Below, one piece after another: positions 56,020-64,000 of a stretch of DNA of 64,000 bases. The number at the start of each line of letters is the position of its first letter. Positions within the stretch are counted from its first letter, which is position 1. The stretch is from contig CANAUI010000004.1 of assembly GCA_947364715.1 (NCBI GenBank), positions 7,454 to 71,453 of the forward strand, read 5' to 3'. This DNA is from an uncultured Clostridium sp. Lineage in GTDB: Bacteria > Bacillota > Clostridia > TANB77 > CAG-508. The notes beneath the pieces were generated by a model. That model saw only the letters and a program-made list of their open reading frames with translations. It made no database searches and was not told the origin of the DNA. Made by a program: the position numbers and the translations under genes.

Positions 56020-57279
56020 CTAATTTAATCCTGCTACATAACCTGTAGAATATGCTATTTGTAAATTAAATCCTCCTGTATAACTATCTACATCAATTAT
56101 TTCTCCAGCAAAATATAAATTTTTTACTTTTTTAGACTCCATATTTTTGGGATTAATTTCCTTAATATTTACTCCTCCACTTGTAATAATAGCCTCTTCT
56201 ATTGGTCTAAATCCTCTTATTGTAATTTCGAAATTTTTGATTTGTTTCAACAGTTGTTCTCTTTCTTTTTTAGTTATTTCATTTACCTTTTTATTAAGAT
56301 TTATCTTACTTCTTTTAATAACAGCTGGTATCAGTTTTTGCGGTAACAATTTATCTAAACTATTTTTAAATTGTTTATTTTTTATATCTTCAAAATCTCT
56401 TAAAATTCTATCATTTAATTTTTTTTCATCTAATGCAGGTTTTAAATCTATTTTTAAAATAATCTTTTTTTCATTACATAATTTATCAATATTTTTATAT
56501 CTAACCAAATGTGCTGATGAACTTAAAATAGTTGGTCCTGAAATGCCAAAATGTGTAAATATCATTTCTCCAAAATCTTCATAAATCTGTTTATTTTTTT
56601 CTATATCTATTAACTTAATCCCAACATTTTTTAAACTCAATCCTTGTAATTCCTTACATTCCATTTTATCAAACGCTTCTAAAGGAACTAATGATGGTTT
56701 TATTGATGTTATTTTATGTCCTAGCTTTTCTGCTAATATATATCCATCACCTGTCGAACCAGTTAATGGGTAACTTTTACCACCTGTTGCTAAAATTACT
56801 TTATCAGCTTTTATTGTTTCTTTATCTGTTCTTACACCAATTACTTTTGTTTTTTCATCTACAATTTCTGTTAAAATCTCTTCAACTTTTGTATTATATT
56901 TTACTTCTATATTTAGTTCTTTAATTTTCTTTGTAAAACATTTCAAAACATCAACAGATTTGTCTGTTACTGGAAAAATTCGATTTCCTCTTTCTTCTTT
57001 TACTTTTAATCCCTGCTGTTCTAAAAATTTAATTATATCATTATTTGTATATTGTTGATATGCACTATATAAAAACATTCCATTTCCTGGTGTATTTTTA
57101 ATAAATTCTTCTATTTCCAAAGATGAAGTAATATTACATCTACCTTTTCCTGTAATTAACAGCTTTTTACCTAATTGATTATTCTTCTCTATTATTAAAA
57201 CCTCATTATTATTTTCTTTAGCAGTAATTCCTGCCATAATTCCAGCAGGTCCACCACCTATTACAATCACTTTATTCAA
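56020..57279 (-). CDS. HI0933/BaiN-family FAD-dependent oxidoreductase
   Basis: 419 aa with VIGGGPAGIMAG and a C-terminal AGEIIDVDSYTGGFNLQ. Confidence 0.8.
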   Translation of the reverse strand: MNKVIVIGGGPAGIMAGITAKENNNEVLIIEKNNQLGKKLLITGKGRCNITSSLEIEEFIKNTPGNGMFLYSAYQQYTNNDIIKFLEQQGLKVKEERGNRIFPVTDKSVDVLKCFTKKIKELNIEVKYNTKVEEILTEIVDEKTKVIGVRTDKETIKADKVILATGGKSYPLTGSTGDGYILAEKLGHKITSIKPSLVPLEAFDKMECKELQGLSLKNVGIKLIDIEKNKQIYEDFGEMIFTHFGISGPTILSSSAHLVRYKNIDKLCNEKKIILKIDLKPALDEKKLNDRILRDFEDIKNKQFKNSLDKLLPQKLIPAVIKRSKINLNKKVNEITKKEREQLLKQIKNFEITIRGFRPIEEAIITSGGVNIKEINPKNMESKKVKNLYFAGEIIDVDSYTGGFNLQIAYSTGYVAGLN

Positions 57280-57324
57280 AACAAAACCCTTTCTTATCTT
57301 TACTATACTTTAACATATCTCATT

Positions 57325-58560
57325 TTATAAGTTCATTTCTTCTATTGCCTTTAATATACCATATTTTCCATAGTCATATGTTAATCCTCCCTGCATATAG
57401 ACAATATATGGCTCTCTAATTGGTCCATCACAACTAAGTTCAATAGTTGAACCTTCTGTAAAAGTTCCAGCTGCCATAATAACTTCATCTTCATATCCTC
57501 CCATTGGGCTTGGCTCTGGTATAACACATGAGTCTATTGGTGACCCTTTTTGTATTCCTTGACAGAATTTTATTAATCTTTCCTTTGTTCCCAAATGTAT
57601 TGTTTGTACTATGTCTGCTCTTTCTTCATAATATTTTGGTTTTACTGTATATCCTATCTCTTCTAAAATCCCACTTGCAAATATGGCGGTTTTAACACTA
57701 CTAGTCACTACTTGTGGTGCAAAAAATAGTCCTTTTAATAAATTTGTATTTTGATTTAGAGATGGTCCAATTTCTTTTCCTATTCCTGGTGCAGTTAATC
57801 TTTCTGCACATAATTTTATTAAGTGTTCTTTTCCTACAATATATGCTCCACTTGTTGCAATTCCAGCACCTAAATTTTTCATTAATGACCCTACTGCAAT
57901 GTCTGCCCCAACTTCAATTGGCTCTCTATCTTGCACAAATTCTCCATAACAATTATCTACCATTATAATTACATTTTTATTAACTTCTCTTATAGCTTGT
58001 ATTGCTTTTTCTATCTTTTCTATTGTTAAACTTTCTCTTGTAGAATATCCCCTTGACCTTTGAATTTCTACTAATTTAACATCATTTTTTGATAATCTTT
58101 CTTGTATTGCCTTTATATCAAAATCATTATTGATTAATTCAATTTGTTCATAGTTTACTCCAAAAGCTTTTAAAGAACTCTCACTTACTTCTTTCCCTAC
58201 TCCAATAACAGTTTGTAAAGTATCATATGGTGCACCTGTTATACTAATTAATGTTTCATTTGGACGTAATAAAGCAGACAGTGTAATTGCTAAAGCATGT
58301 GTTCCTGAAATAAATTGAGCTCTTACTAAACTATCTTCTGCTTTAAATATGTCTGCATAAATTTCTTCTATTTTATTTCTTCCTGTTTCATCAATTCCAT
58401 ATCCTGTTGAAGTTGATAAATGCATTTCTTGTAAATTACATTTTTGAAATGCTTCTATTACTTTTATACTATTTTTTCTACATATTTCTTCTATTTTTTT
58501 AAATTGTGGCTCTACTTTTTTCTCTATTTTTTTTGTTAACTCTACTAGTTCTTGATTCAT
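57325..58560 (-). CDS. PLP-dependent methionine gamma-lyase-family protein (YnbB / aluminium-resistance type)
   Basis: Family-typical STGYGIDETGR.. and SLMKNLGAG. ATG 58560 follows AGGGGGA; the ORF-track extension to 58641 has no RBS. Confidence 0.75.
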   Translation of the reverse strand: MNQELVELTKKIEKKVEPQFKKIEEICRKNSIKVIEAFQKCNLQEMHLSTSTGYGIDETGRNKIEEIYADIFKAEDSLVRAQFISGTHALAITLSALLRPNETLISITGAPYDTLQTVIGVGKEVSESSLKAFGVNYEQIELINNDFDIKAIQERLSKNDVKLVEIQRSRGYSTRESLTIEKIEKAIQAIREVNKNVIIMVDNCYGEFVQDREPIEVGADIAVGSLMKNLGAGIATSGAYIVGKEHLIKLCAERLTAPGIGKEIGPSLNQNTNLLKGLFFAPQVVTSSVKTAIFASGILEEIGYTVKPKYYEERADIVQTIHLGTKERLIKFCQGIQKGSPIDSCVIPEPSPMGGYEDEVIMAAGTFTEGSTIELSCDGPIREPYIVYMQGGLTYDYGKYGILKAIEEMNL

Positions 58561-58654
58561 ATTTATTTTTATCCCCCTATTTAAACAATAATACAATAAC
58601 TCTATTTTACTATATTTTACATAAATTGGCAAGCTCTCCATTTTTTCACTTTTT

Positions 58655-58884
58655 TCTATAAAAGAACAAATTGGAAAGCCTTAATATTAGTATAATTTTA
58701 ACTTTTCTCTTCGGCTTTCCGTTAATTTGTTCACATGCGAAATTTATGAAATAAATTTGTGTACACTGTATTTTTATATATTAGAAAGTCAGTATGACTT
58801 TCTTTTTAAAATAACATTTTATTTATTTTCACTTTGTGTTGCGAAACTAAAAAGTTGCATGGATTTTCCTATAATATAAAATCA
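58655..58884 (+). repeat. a-b-c modular hairpin repeat array, copy D3 (a-b-c followed by a shortened a'-b-c')
   Basis: Module a: GAACAAATTGGAAAGCC...GGCTTTCCGTTAATTTGTTC. Module b: CGAAATTTA-TGAAA-TAAATTTG. Module c: AGAAAGTC-AGTAT-GACTTTCT. A second reduced unit ends CCTATAATATAAAAT. Confidence 0.65.
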
Positions 58885-58910
58885 AAAACCGTTGATATTT
58901 CAACGGTTTT
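58885..58910. terminator. Terminator after rpsR
   Basis: AAAACCGTTGA-TATT-TCAACGGTTTT. Confidence 0.65.
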
Positions 58911-58928
58911 CTTGTTTATTAATTTAAA

Positions 58929-59207
58929 TTATTTTTGTGCATATGGTAATAAAGCAATATGTCTTGCTCTTTTTATAGCAATTGTAATATCTCTTTGATG
59001 TTTTGCACACATTCCAGTATTTCTTCTTGGTAAGATTTTACCTTTGTCACTTACGAATTTTTTTAATTGTTCTGGATTTTTGTAATCTAAAACAAAGTTT
59101 TTATCACTACATAATAAACATACTTTTTTTCTTTGTTTTCTGAATCTTGGATTATAATCCTCATCATAATTTTTATTATTTCTTTTATTTTGTTTTTTAT
59201 CTGCCAT
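58929..59207 (-). CDS. rpsR: 30S ribosomal protein S18
   Basis: MADKKQ...[23 protein letters not shown]. The ORF-track version (to 59357) is an upstream read-through overlapping ssb. Confidence 0.95.
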   Translation of the reverse strand: MADKKQNKRNNKNYDEDYNPRFRKQRKKVCLLCSDKNFVLDYKNPEQLKKFVSDKGKILPRRNTGMCAKHQRDITIAIKRARHIALLPYAQK

Positions 59208-59229
59208 TTTTTTATTCCCCCCTAACAAA

Positions 59230-59661
59230 TTAGAATGGTAGGTCATCACTAGAAGACATTTCAAAATCTGCACCCATACTTCCTGGTGCTGTATTTCCAA
59301 ATGTATTTTCAAAAGTTGCATTATTTGATGTTTCACCATCTCTTTTACTATCAGCAAAATATGCTTCTTCTGCTACAACTTCTGTTACATAGTGTTTTTG
59401 TCCTTGTTCATCATCCCAAGTTCTTGTTTGAATTCTTCCTATAACACCTACTTGTTGACCTTTCTTAAAGTATTTGCTACAAAATTCTCCTAATTTACTC
59501 CATGCTACAATATTAATAAAATCTGCTTGTCTTTCTTCTCCTTGTCTTACAAATCTTCTATTAACTGCTAGACTAAATGAAGATACTAATGTATTATTTG
59601 TTTGTGTATATCTTGTTTCTGGATCTCTTGTTAATCTTCCCATTAAAATTACTTTATTCAT
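59230..59661 (-). CDS. ssb: Single-stranded DNA-binding protein
   Basis: OB fold ([15 protein letters not shown]), a Gly/Asn-rich tail and a C-terminal DDLPF. Confidence 0.93.
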   Translation of the reverse strand: MNKVILMGRLTRDPETRYTQTNNTLVSSFSLAVNRRFVRQGEERQADFINIVAWSKLGEFCSKYFKKGQQVGVIGRIQTRTWDDEQGQKHYVTEVVAEEAYFADSKRDGETSNNATFENTFGNTAPGSMGADFEMSSSDDLPF

Positions 59662-59720
59662 AACTACTCACCTTTCTTTACTTCAAATAAAGGCCCCTTC
59701 TTTATTTAGTTTTTTATATC

Positions 59721-60008
59721 TTATTTTTCTACTTTTACTGTAATAAATTTTATAACGTCATCTGTAATTCTGTAAACTCTTTCAAGTTCAGTTATTAATT
59801 CTGGTTTTGCTTCAAAGTTAAATAATACATATGTAGCTTCTTTGAATTTTTTAATATCATAAGCTAATTTTCTTTTTCCCATTTCTTCAACTGATTCTAC
59901 TTTACCATTTTCATTGATTAATCCTGTAAATTTTTCTTCCAAAGCTTTTAAACCTGCTTCATCAACATTTGGATTAATAATGATAATACTTTCATATTTA
60001 TTCATCAT
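59721..60008 (-). CDS. rpsF: 30S ribosomal protein S6
   Basis: 95 aa with YESIIIINP and KRKLAY. First gene of rpsF-ssb-rpsR. Confidence 0.93.
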   Translation of the reverse strand: MMNKYESIIIINPNVDEAGLKALEEKFTGLINENGKVESVEEMGKRKLAYDIKKFKEATYVLFNFEAKPELITELERVYRITDDVIKFITVKVEK

Positions 60009-60059
60009 TTTTCACCTCCCTATGGATTTATAACCTGTGTTCTTCACAAGTCGAGATTT

Positions 60060-60096
60060 ATCATCATAAAAATTATTTAACAATTTTTATGATGAT
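60060..60096 (-). promoter_or_regulatory. Perfect 15-bp stem hairpin in the rpsF leader
   Basis: ATCATCATAAAAATT-7 nt-AATTTTTATGATGAT, 52 nt upstream of the rpsF ATG. Confidence 0.4.
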
Positions 60097-60150
60097 ATTA
60101 ATTTTATATTATATGAAACAGAATTTATTTTTTAATTATGTTGTATTCTA

Positions 60151-60207
60151 TTTTCAATTTGTACTTGCAAAACTAAAAATTTTATAAGGTTTACCATAAT
60201 ATAAAAT
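60151..60207 (+). repeat. a-b-c repeat family, reduced copy D6
   Basis: TTTTCAATTTGTACTTGCAAAACTAAAAATTTTATAAGGTTTACCATAATATAAAAT aligns with 58826-58882. Confidence 0.55.
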
Positions 60208-60259
60208 TAAAGCATAGTTATTCTATCATATTTTTTTACATATTGCAAGTACATTTTTT

Positions 60260-62863
60260 TTAATCTAAAATAATTTTTCTTTTATTTCTCACATTTTTTA
60301 TTGTATTTATAGTATTAATTTTTTTCTGTAATTCTATAATTGGTATTGGTAATACAGAAATACCTAAAGTTATAATCCATTGAATTTGAGTTAAATTAGT
60401 TACATTAAATATATTTGACAAGAATGGAATAAATACAACAATTGTCTGTACAAAAATCCCAAGTATAAAACTTCCAATCAAAAATTTATTTTCTAATATA
60501 CCAACTTTAAAAACTGATTTTTCACTTTTTATGTTAAAACTGTGGACAAGCTCTAATAATCCCATACTGATAAATGCCATTGTTCTTCCGACTTCTACTC
60601 CATAATATTTATTTCCTATACTAAAAGCAATTAATGTAAGCATTCCTATCATAATACCTTCTAATATAATTTTACTCCATAATCCATCTGCAAATATTCC
60701 TTTTTTTGAATCAATTGGTTTTCTTTCCATAATATCTTTTTCAGGTGGTTCTAATCCTATAGCAACTGCTGGTAAAGAATCTGTTACCAAATTTATCCAC
60801 AATAATTGTATAGCAAGTAATGGTGACTGAAAACCTAAAATCAATCCCATAAAAATAGTTACAATTTCGCCTATATTTGTTGCAATTAAAAAATGGATAG
60901 CTTTTCTAATATTATCATAAATATTTCTTCCTTGTTTTACAGCATCTACAATTGTTATAAAATTGTCATCTACCAAAATCATATCTGATGCATTTTTAGC
61001 AACATCAGTTCCACCTTTTCCCATAGCAATTCCAATATCTGCACTTTTTAGTGCTGGACTATCATTTACCCCATCTCCTGTCATTGCTACAACTGCTCCA
61101 TTTTTTTGCCATGCTTTTACAATTCTTACTTTATGCTCAGGAGTTACTCTTGCAAAAACTGTATAATTCTGAATTTCATTTTCAAGTTTTTCTTGATTTA
61201 GCTTATCCAATTCTTCTCCTGTTATTGCTTTATCTTTTTTAGAAAATATTCCTATTTTTTCTGCAATTGCTTTTGCAGTTGCAATATGGTCTCCTGTTAT
61301 CATAACAGTCTTTATTCCAGCATTTTTGCAAGTTTCTACTGCTTCTTTAACACCTTCTCTTGGAGGGTCTATCATACCAATTAGTCCAACAAAATTCAAA
61401 TTATTTTCAATGCTAGAACTCTCTATTTTGCTTGGTAACTGATTAATGTCTTTATATGCTACAGCAATAACTCTTAAAGCTTTATTAGCCATTTTATCAT
61501 TTTCTTTTGCTATCTTTTCTTTATATATACCTATACATTTATTTAATAATACATCTGGTGCACCTTTTGTTATTACTCTATATTTTCCATTTTCTAATTT
61601 ATGTATTGTTGTCATCATTTTTCTATTTGAATCAAATGGAATTTCACTCATTCTTGGCATAGATTGGTACAAATTATTCTTATTCAATTTATTTATATAT
61701 GCTACTTCTACTAATGCATTTTCTGTTGGTTCTCCAACTACTTCTACTTTTCCACTATCTGTTTCTACCCTACTATCTGTACACATCGTAGCTAATTCCA
61801 TTGCAAAATTTGGATTTTCTGCTTTAATTTCTACTACCTTCATCTTGTTTTGTGTTAATGTTCCTGTTTTATCTGAACAAATAACATTACTACTTCCTAA
61901 AGTTTCAACCGCTGGTAATTTTCTGATAATACTGTTCCTCTTTGCCATTTTGGTTACACCTATAGATAACATTATAGTAACAATTGCTGGTAATCCTTCT
62001 GGTATTGCTGCAACAGCTAATCCTACAGAAGTCATAAACATTTCCATTGGTGGTATCTTTTTTATAATTCCTATAACAAAAATCACTAAACAAATCATCA
62101 AACAAATAACACCTAATATTTTACCTACTTGATTTAGTTTTTTCTGTATTGGAGTTTCTGGTGACTCATTTTGGATAATCATATTTGCAATTTTTCCAAC
62201 TTTTGTATTCATTCCAATTTCTGTAACTACAACTTTTGCATGTCCATTAACAACTGTACTTCCCATAAATACCATATTTATTATATCTCCTAATGGTATT
62301 CCCTTTTTACAAATTACATCACCATTTTTTTCAACAGGCTCTGTTTCTCCTGTTAGGCTAGATTCTTCTACTTTCAAATTAAAATTCTCTATAATTCTAC
62401 AATCTGCTGGTACACGATTTCCAGCTTCTAAAATAATAATATCTCCTACTGTTAATGTTTCTGAAAGAATTTCTATTTCTTTTCCATTTCGAATTACTTT
62501 TGACATCTGTGGTGTCATTTTCTTTAAACTTTCAATTGATTTTTCTGCTTTTGCTTCTTGTAAAACTCCCATAACAGCATTTAATATAACAATTGCTATA
62601 ATAATAATAGAATCAATATAATCATTTTCTCCCTGATACCATGATACACCTGCTGATACAATAGATGCTATAATTAAAATAATAATCATGAAATCATTAA
62701 ATTGTTTAAAAAACTTAATAATAATTCCTTCTTTTTTAGCATTTTCTAATTCGTTTTTACCATATTGATTTTGTCTTTTAAAAACTTCATTATCATTTAA
62801 TCCTTTGCTAAAATTTGTATTAAGTGTTTTTTCAATTTCTTCTTTTCTAAGTGTTTCCCACAT
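60260..62863 (-). CDS. P-type Ca2+-transporting ATPase (P2A, YloB/SERCA-like)
   Basis: 867 aa with TGES/TGET, CSDKTGTLTQN, MITGDH, TGDGVNDSPALK and 10 TM segments. Confidence 0.9.
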   Translation of the reverse strand: MWETLRKEEIEKTLNTNFSKGLNDNEVFKRQNQYGKNELENAKKEGIIIKFFKQFNDFMIIILIIASIVSAGVSWYQGENDYIDSIIIIAIVILNAVMGVLQEAKAEKSIESLKKMTPQMSKVIRNGKEIEILSETLTVGDIIILEAGNRVPADCRIIENFNLKVEESSLTGETEPVEKNGDVICKKGIPLGDIINMVFMGSTVVNGHAKVVVTEIGMNTKVGKIANMIIQNESPETPIQKKLNQVGKILGVICLMICLVIFVIGIIKKIPPMEMFMTSVGLAVAAIPEGLPAIVTIMLSIGVTKMAKRNSIIRKLPAVETLGSSNVICSDKTGTLTQNKMKVVEIKAENPNFAMELATMCTDSRVETDSGKVEVVGEPTENALVEVAYINKLNKNNLYQSMPRMSEIPFDSNRKMMTTIHKLENGKYRVITKGAPDVLLNKCIGIYKEKIAKENDKMANKALRVIAVAYKDINQLPSKIESSSIENNLNFVGLIGMIDPPREGVKEAVETCKNAGIKTVMITGDHIATAKAIAEKIGIFSKKDKAITGEELDKLNQEKLENEIQNYTVFARVTPEHKVRIVKAWQKNGAVVAMTGDGVNDSPALKSADIGIAMGKGGTDVAKNASDMILVDDNFITIVDAVKQGRNIYDNIRKAIHFLIATNIGEIVTIFMGLILGFQSPLLAIQLLWINLVTDSLPAVAIGLEPPEKDIMERKPIDSKKGIFADGLWSKIILEGIMIGMLTLIAFSIGNKYYGVEVGRTMAFISMGLLELVHSFNIKSEKSVFKVGILENKFLIGSFILGIFVQTIVVFIPFLSNIFNVTNLTQIQWIITLGISVLPIPIIELQKKINTINTIKNVRNKRKIILD

Positions 62864-63155
62864 ATACTTTCCTCTCCTTTGTATTAATATTTTTTTAGTG
62901 TCTTGTCCTTCTTTTTTCTAATTTTATTCATTTAAATTATTTTTATTACTTATTTTTAGTTTTCTTGTTATTAAATTTTAGGTATTGTTATGGTTTTTAT
63001 ATTTAGAATTTATTACATAAGAATGGAAACTTGCTAATAATTCCTTAAAAATATTATGTATCAACTTTTTCAACACATATTTTTTTAATCATACTAGTAA
63101 CCCCCAATGCACATATATATAAAATATTTAATACAATATCTTTAGAGGTGTTTTT

Positions 63156-63854
63156 ATGTTAATTAGTTGTTTATTTTTAGCAATCTCTAGTAGTATCGAT
63201 TCTCTAGGAATTGGTATTACATATGGAATAAAAAATACAAAAATAATCATGTCTGCTAAATTTATTTTATTTTTTATTAGTTTTATTATTTCTATTATTT
63301 CCATATATTTTGGAAATTTATTAAAATATATTTTACCTGATTTTTTTATTCACTATTTAGGTAGCTTTATTTTAATGCTAATGGGATTATTTATGTGTTT
63401 TCAATCATTGAAAGTTTCAAAACAAAAACATAAAATGAACGATAATAAAAATTTAAAAGATACTAAATGTTTAAAAAATACTGAAAACTCTAAAATATCA
63501 GATACAGAAAAAATATATTCTTTTTTTATTAAATGTTTAGGAATTACAATAAAAATTATCAAAAATCCTAATTCTTCCGATTTTGACAAATCTAATATAA
63601 TTGATTCTAAAGAAGCATTATTCTTAGGATTAGCCCTATCTTTGGATAGTTTTTGTATTGGTATTGGTCTTAGTATGATAAATACTTTTTCTTTAATATT
63701 TCCATTGTTAATTAGTTGCTTCCAATTATTTTTCTTAAGCCTTGGAAATTATTTAGGAAAAAAATTATATTCCTTCAATAAATTGCCTGATAACATTTGG
63801 TCAATTATTTCTGGAATTTTATTAATAATTATTGGTTTTTGGAAAATATTATAG
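63156..63854 (+). CDS. ytaF: YtaF-like sporulation membrane protein (MntP/DUF204 fold) with a long hydrophilic central loop
   Basis: N-terminal ISSSIDSLGIGITYG and a repeated LSLDSFCIGIG half. Confidence 0.7.
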   Translation: MLISCLFLAISSSIDSLGIGITYGIKNTKIIMSAKFILFFISFIISIISIYFGNLLKYILPDFFIHYLGSFILMLMGLFMCFQSLKVSKQKHKMNDNKNLKDTKCLKNTENSKISDTEKIYSFFIKCLGITIKIIKNPNSSDFDKSNIIDSKEALFLGLALSLDSFCIGIGLSMINTFSLIFPLLISCFQLFFLSLGNYLGKKLYSFNKLPDNIWSIISGILLIIIGFWKIL

Positions 63855-63872
63855 TTGATATATGTAAGTCTA

Positions 63873-63978
63873 TCATTATTACGCTTCCTCAGTTATTTAA
63901 ATCTAAGAATTTATAGATTTATTTCATGGTACATTTGTCATTAATTAAAAAAGTAATATTTTAGCTGTGAGTAATAAC
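63873..63978 (-). repeat. Solo copy of the MITE arm unit (about 105 nt)
   Basis: The reverse complement aligns along its full length with 38995-39103. The last 45 nt are almost identical (TATAAATTCTTAGxTTTAAATAACTGAGGAAGCGTAATAA). Confidence 0.7.
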
Positions 63979-64000
63979 AAATTTAAATACAGAATTTTTT

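Noticed and set aside
59208-59357. Extended S18 ORF overlapping ssb
   Set aside because: The conserved S18 sequence starts at MADKK (59207) after a GGGGGAAT RBS. The upstream part is an out-of-frame read of the ssb 3' end.
62864-63155. Possible yybP-ykoY (Mn) riboswitch upstream of the MntP-fold ytaF gene
   Set aside because: I could not find the conserved four-way-junction sequences or any convincing long-range pairing. The region is plain AT-rich spacer.

Overview
64-kb chromosomal window from a very AT-rich (by eye about one quarter G+C) endospore-forming Firmicute. It looks Clostridia-like: spo0A, spoIVFB, yaaT, ytaF, minDE and a pyrB-pyrI type pyr operon are all present. About 55 protein genes, nearly all on the minus strand.

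Gene content in coordinate order:
- a degenerate-GGDEF/EAL sensor, open at the left edge
- a GGGtGRT plus NifU-like pair
- a YezG-like immunity gene
- glycolysis genes gap-pgk-tpiA-gpmI
- pyrimidine genes pyrB-I-C-F-K-(unknown)-D
- rsmA, a PASTA-containing PBP, a Rpn-like nuclease, ispH and ispG
- a WalR-like regulator
- a four-subunit 2-oxoacid:ferredoxin oxidoreductase plus a 58-aa ferredoxin that is missing from the ORF track
- yaaT-holB-lepB, a PAS histidine kinase, murE-mraY-ftsW-murG
- a sortase plus thioester-domain adhesin operon, a two-component system, an HD-GYP protein
- an orphan mazF, dusB, rodA-minE-minD
- two atypical pilin-like genes flanking an M23 peptidase and spoIVFB
- a decayed integrative element, then spo0A
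- housekeeping genes, rpsF-ssb-rpsR, a P-type Ca-ATPase and ytaF

I saw no rRNA, tRNA or CRISPR array.

The strongest signals found directly in the sequence are non-coding:
- a 204-bp MITE with perfect 34-bp terminal inverted repeats, an 8-bp target-site duplication and a paralogous empty site
- a modular three-hairpin (a-b-c) intergenic repeat family present at six or more loci
- a conserved intercistronic element that supplies the ribosome-binding site of three operon-internal genes
- tandem Spo0A-box-like motifs

Coding oddities:
- a sortase substrate that ends LPVTGM-stop, with Lys at the thioester Gln position
- pilin-like proteins with Ala instead of Glu at +5 and no pilus machinery nearby
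- MinE carrying a 5 x 13-aa repeat tail
- mazF without mazE
- a YezG-like gene where eno normally sits

I cannot point to one proven novel multi-gene system. The candidates above are ranked in the findings. All family assignments come from motif recognition by eye; no database search was run.
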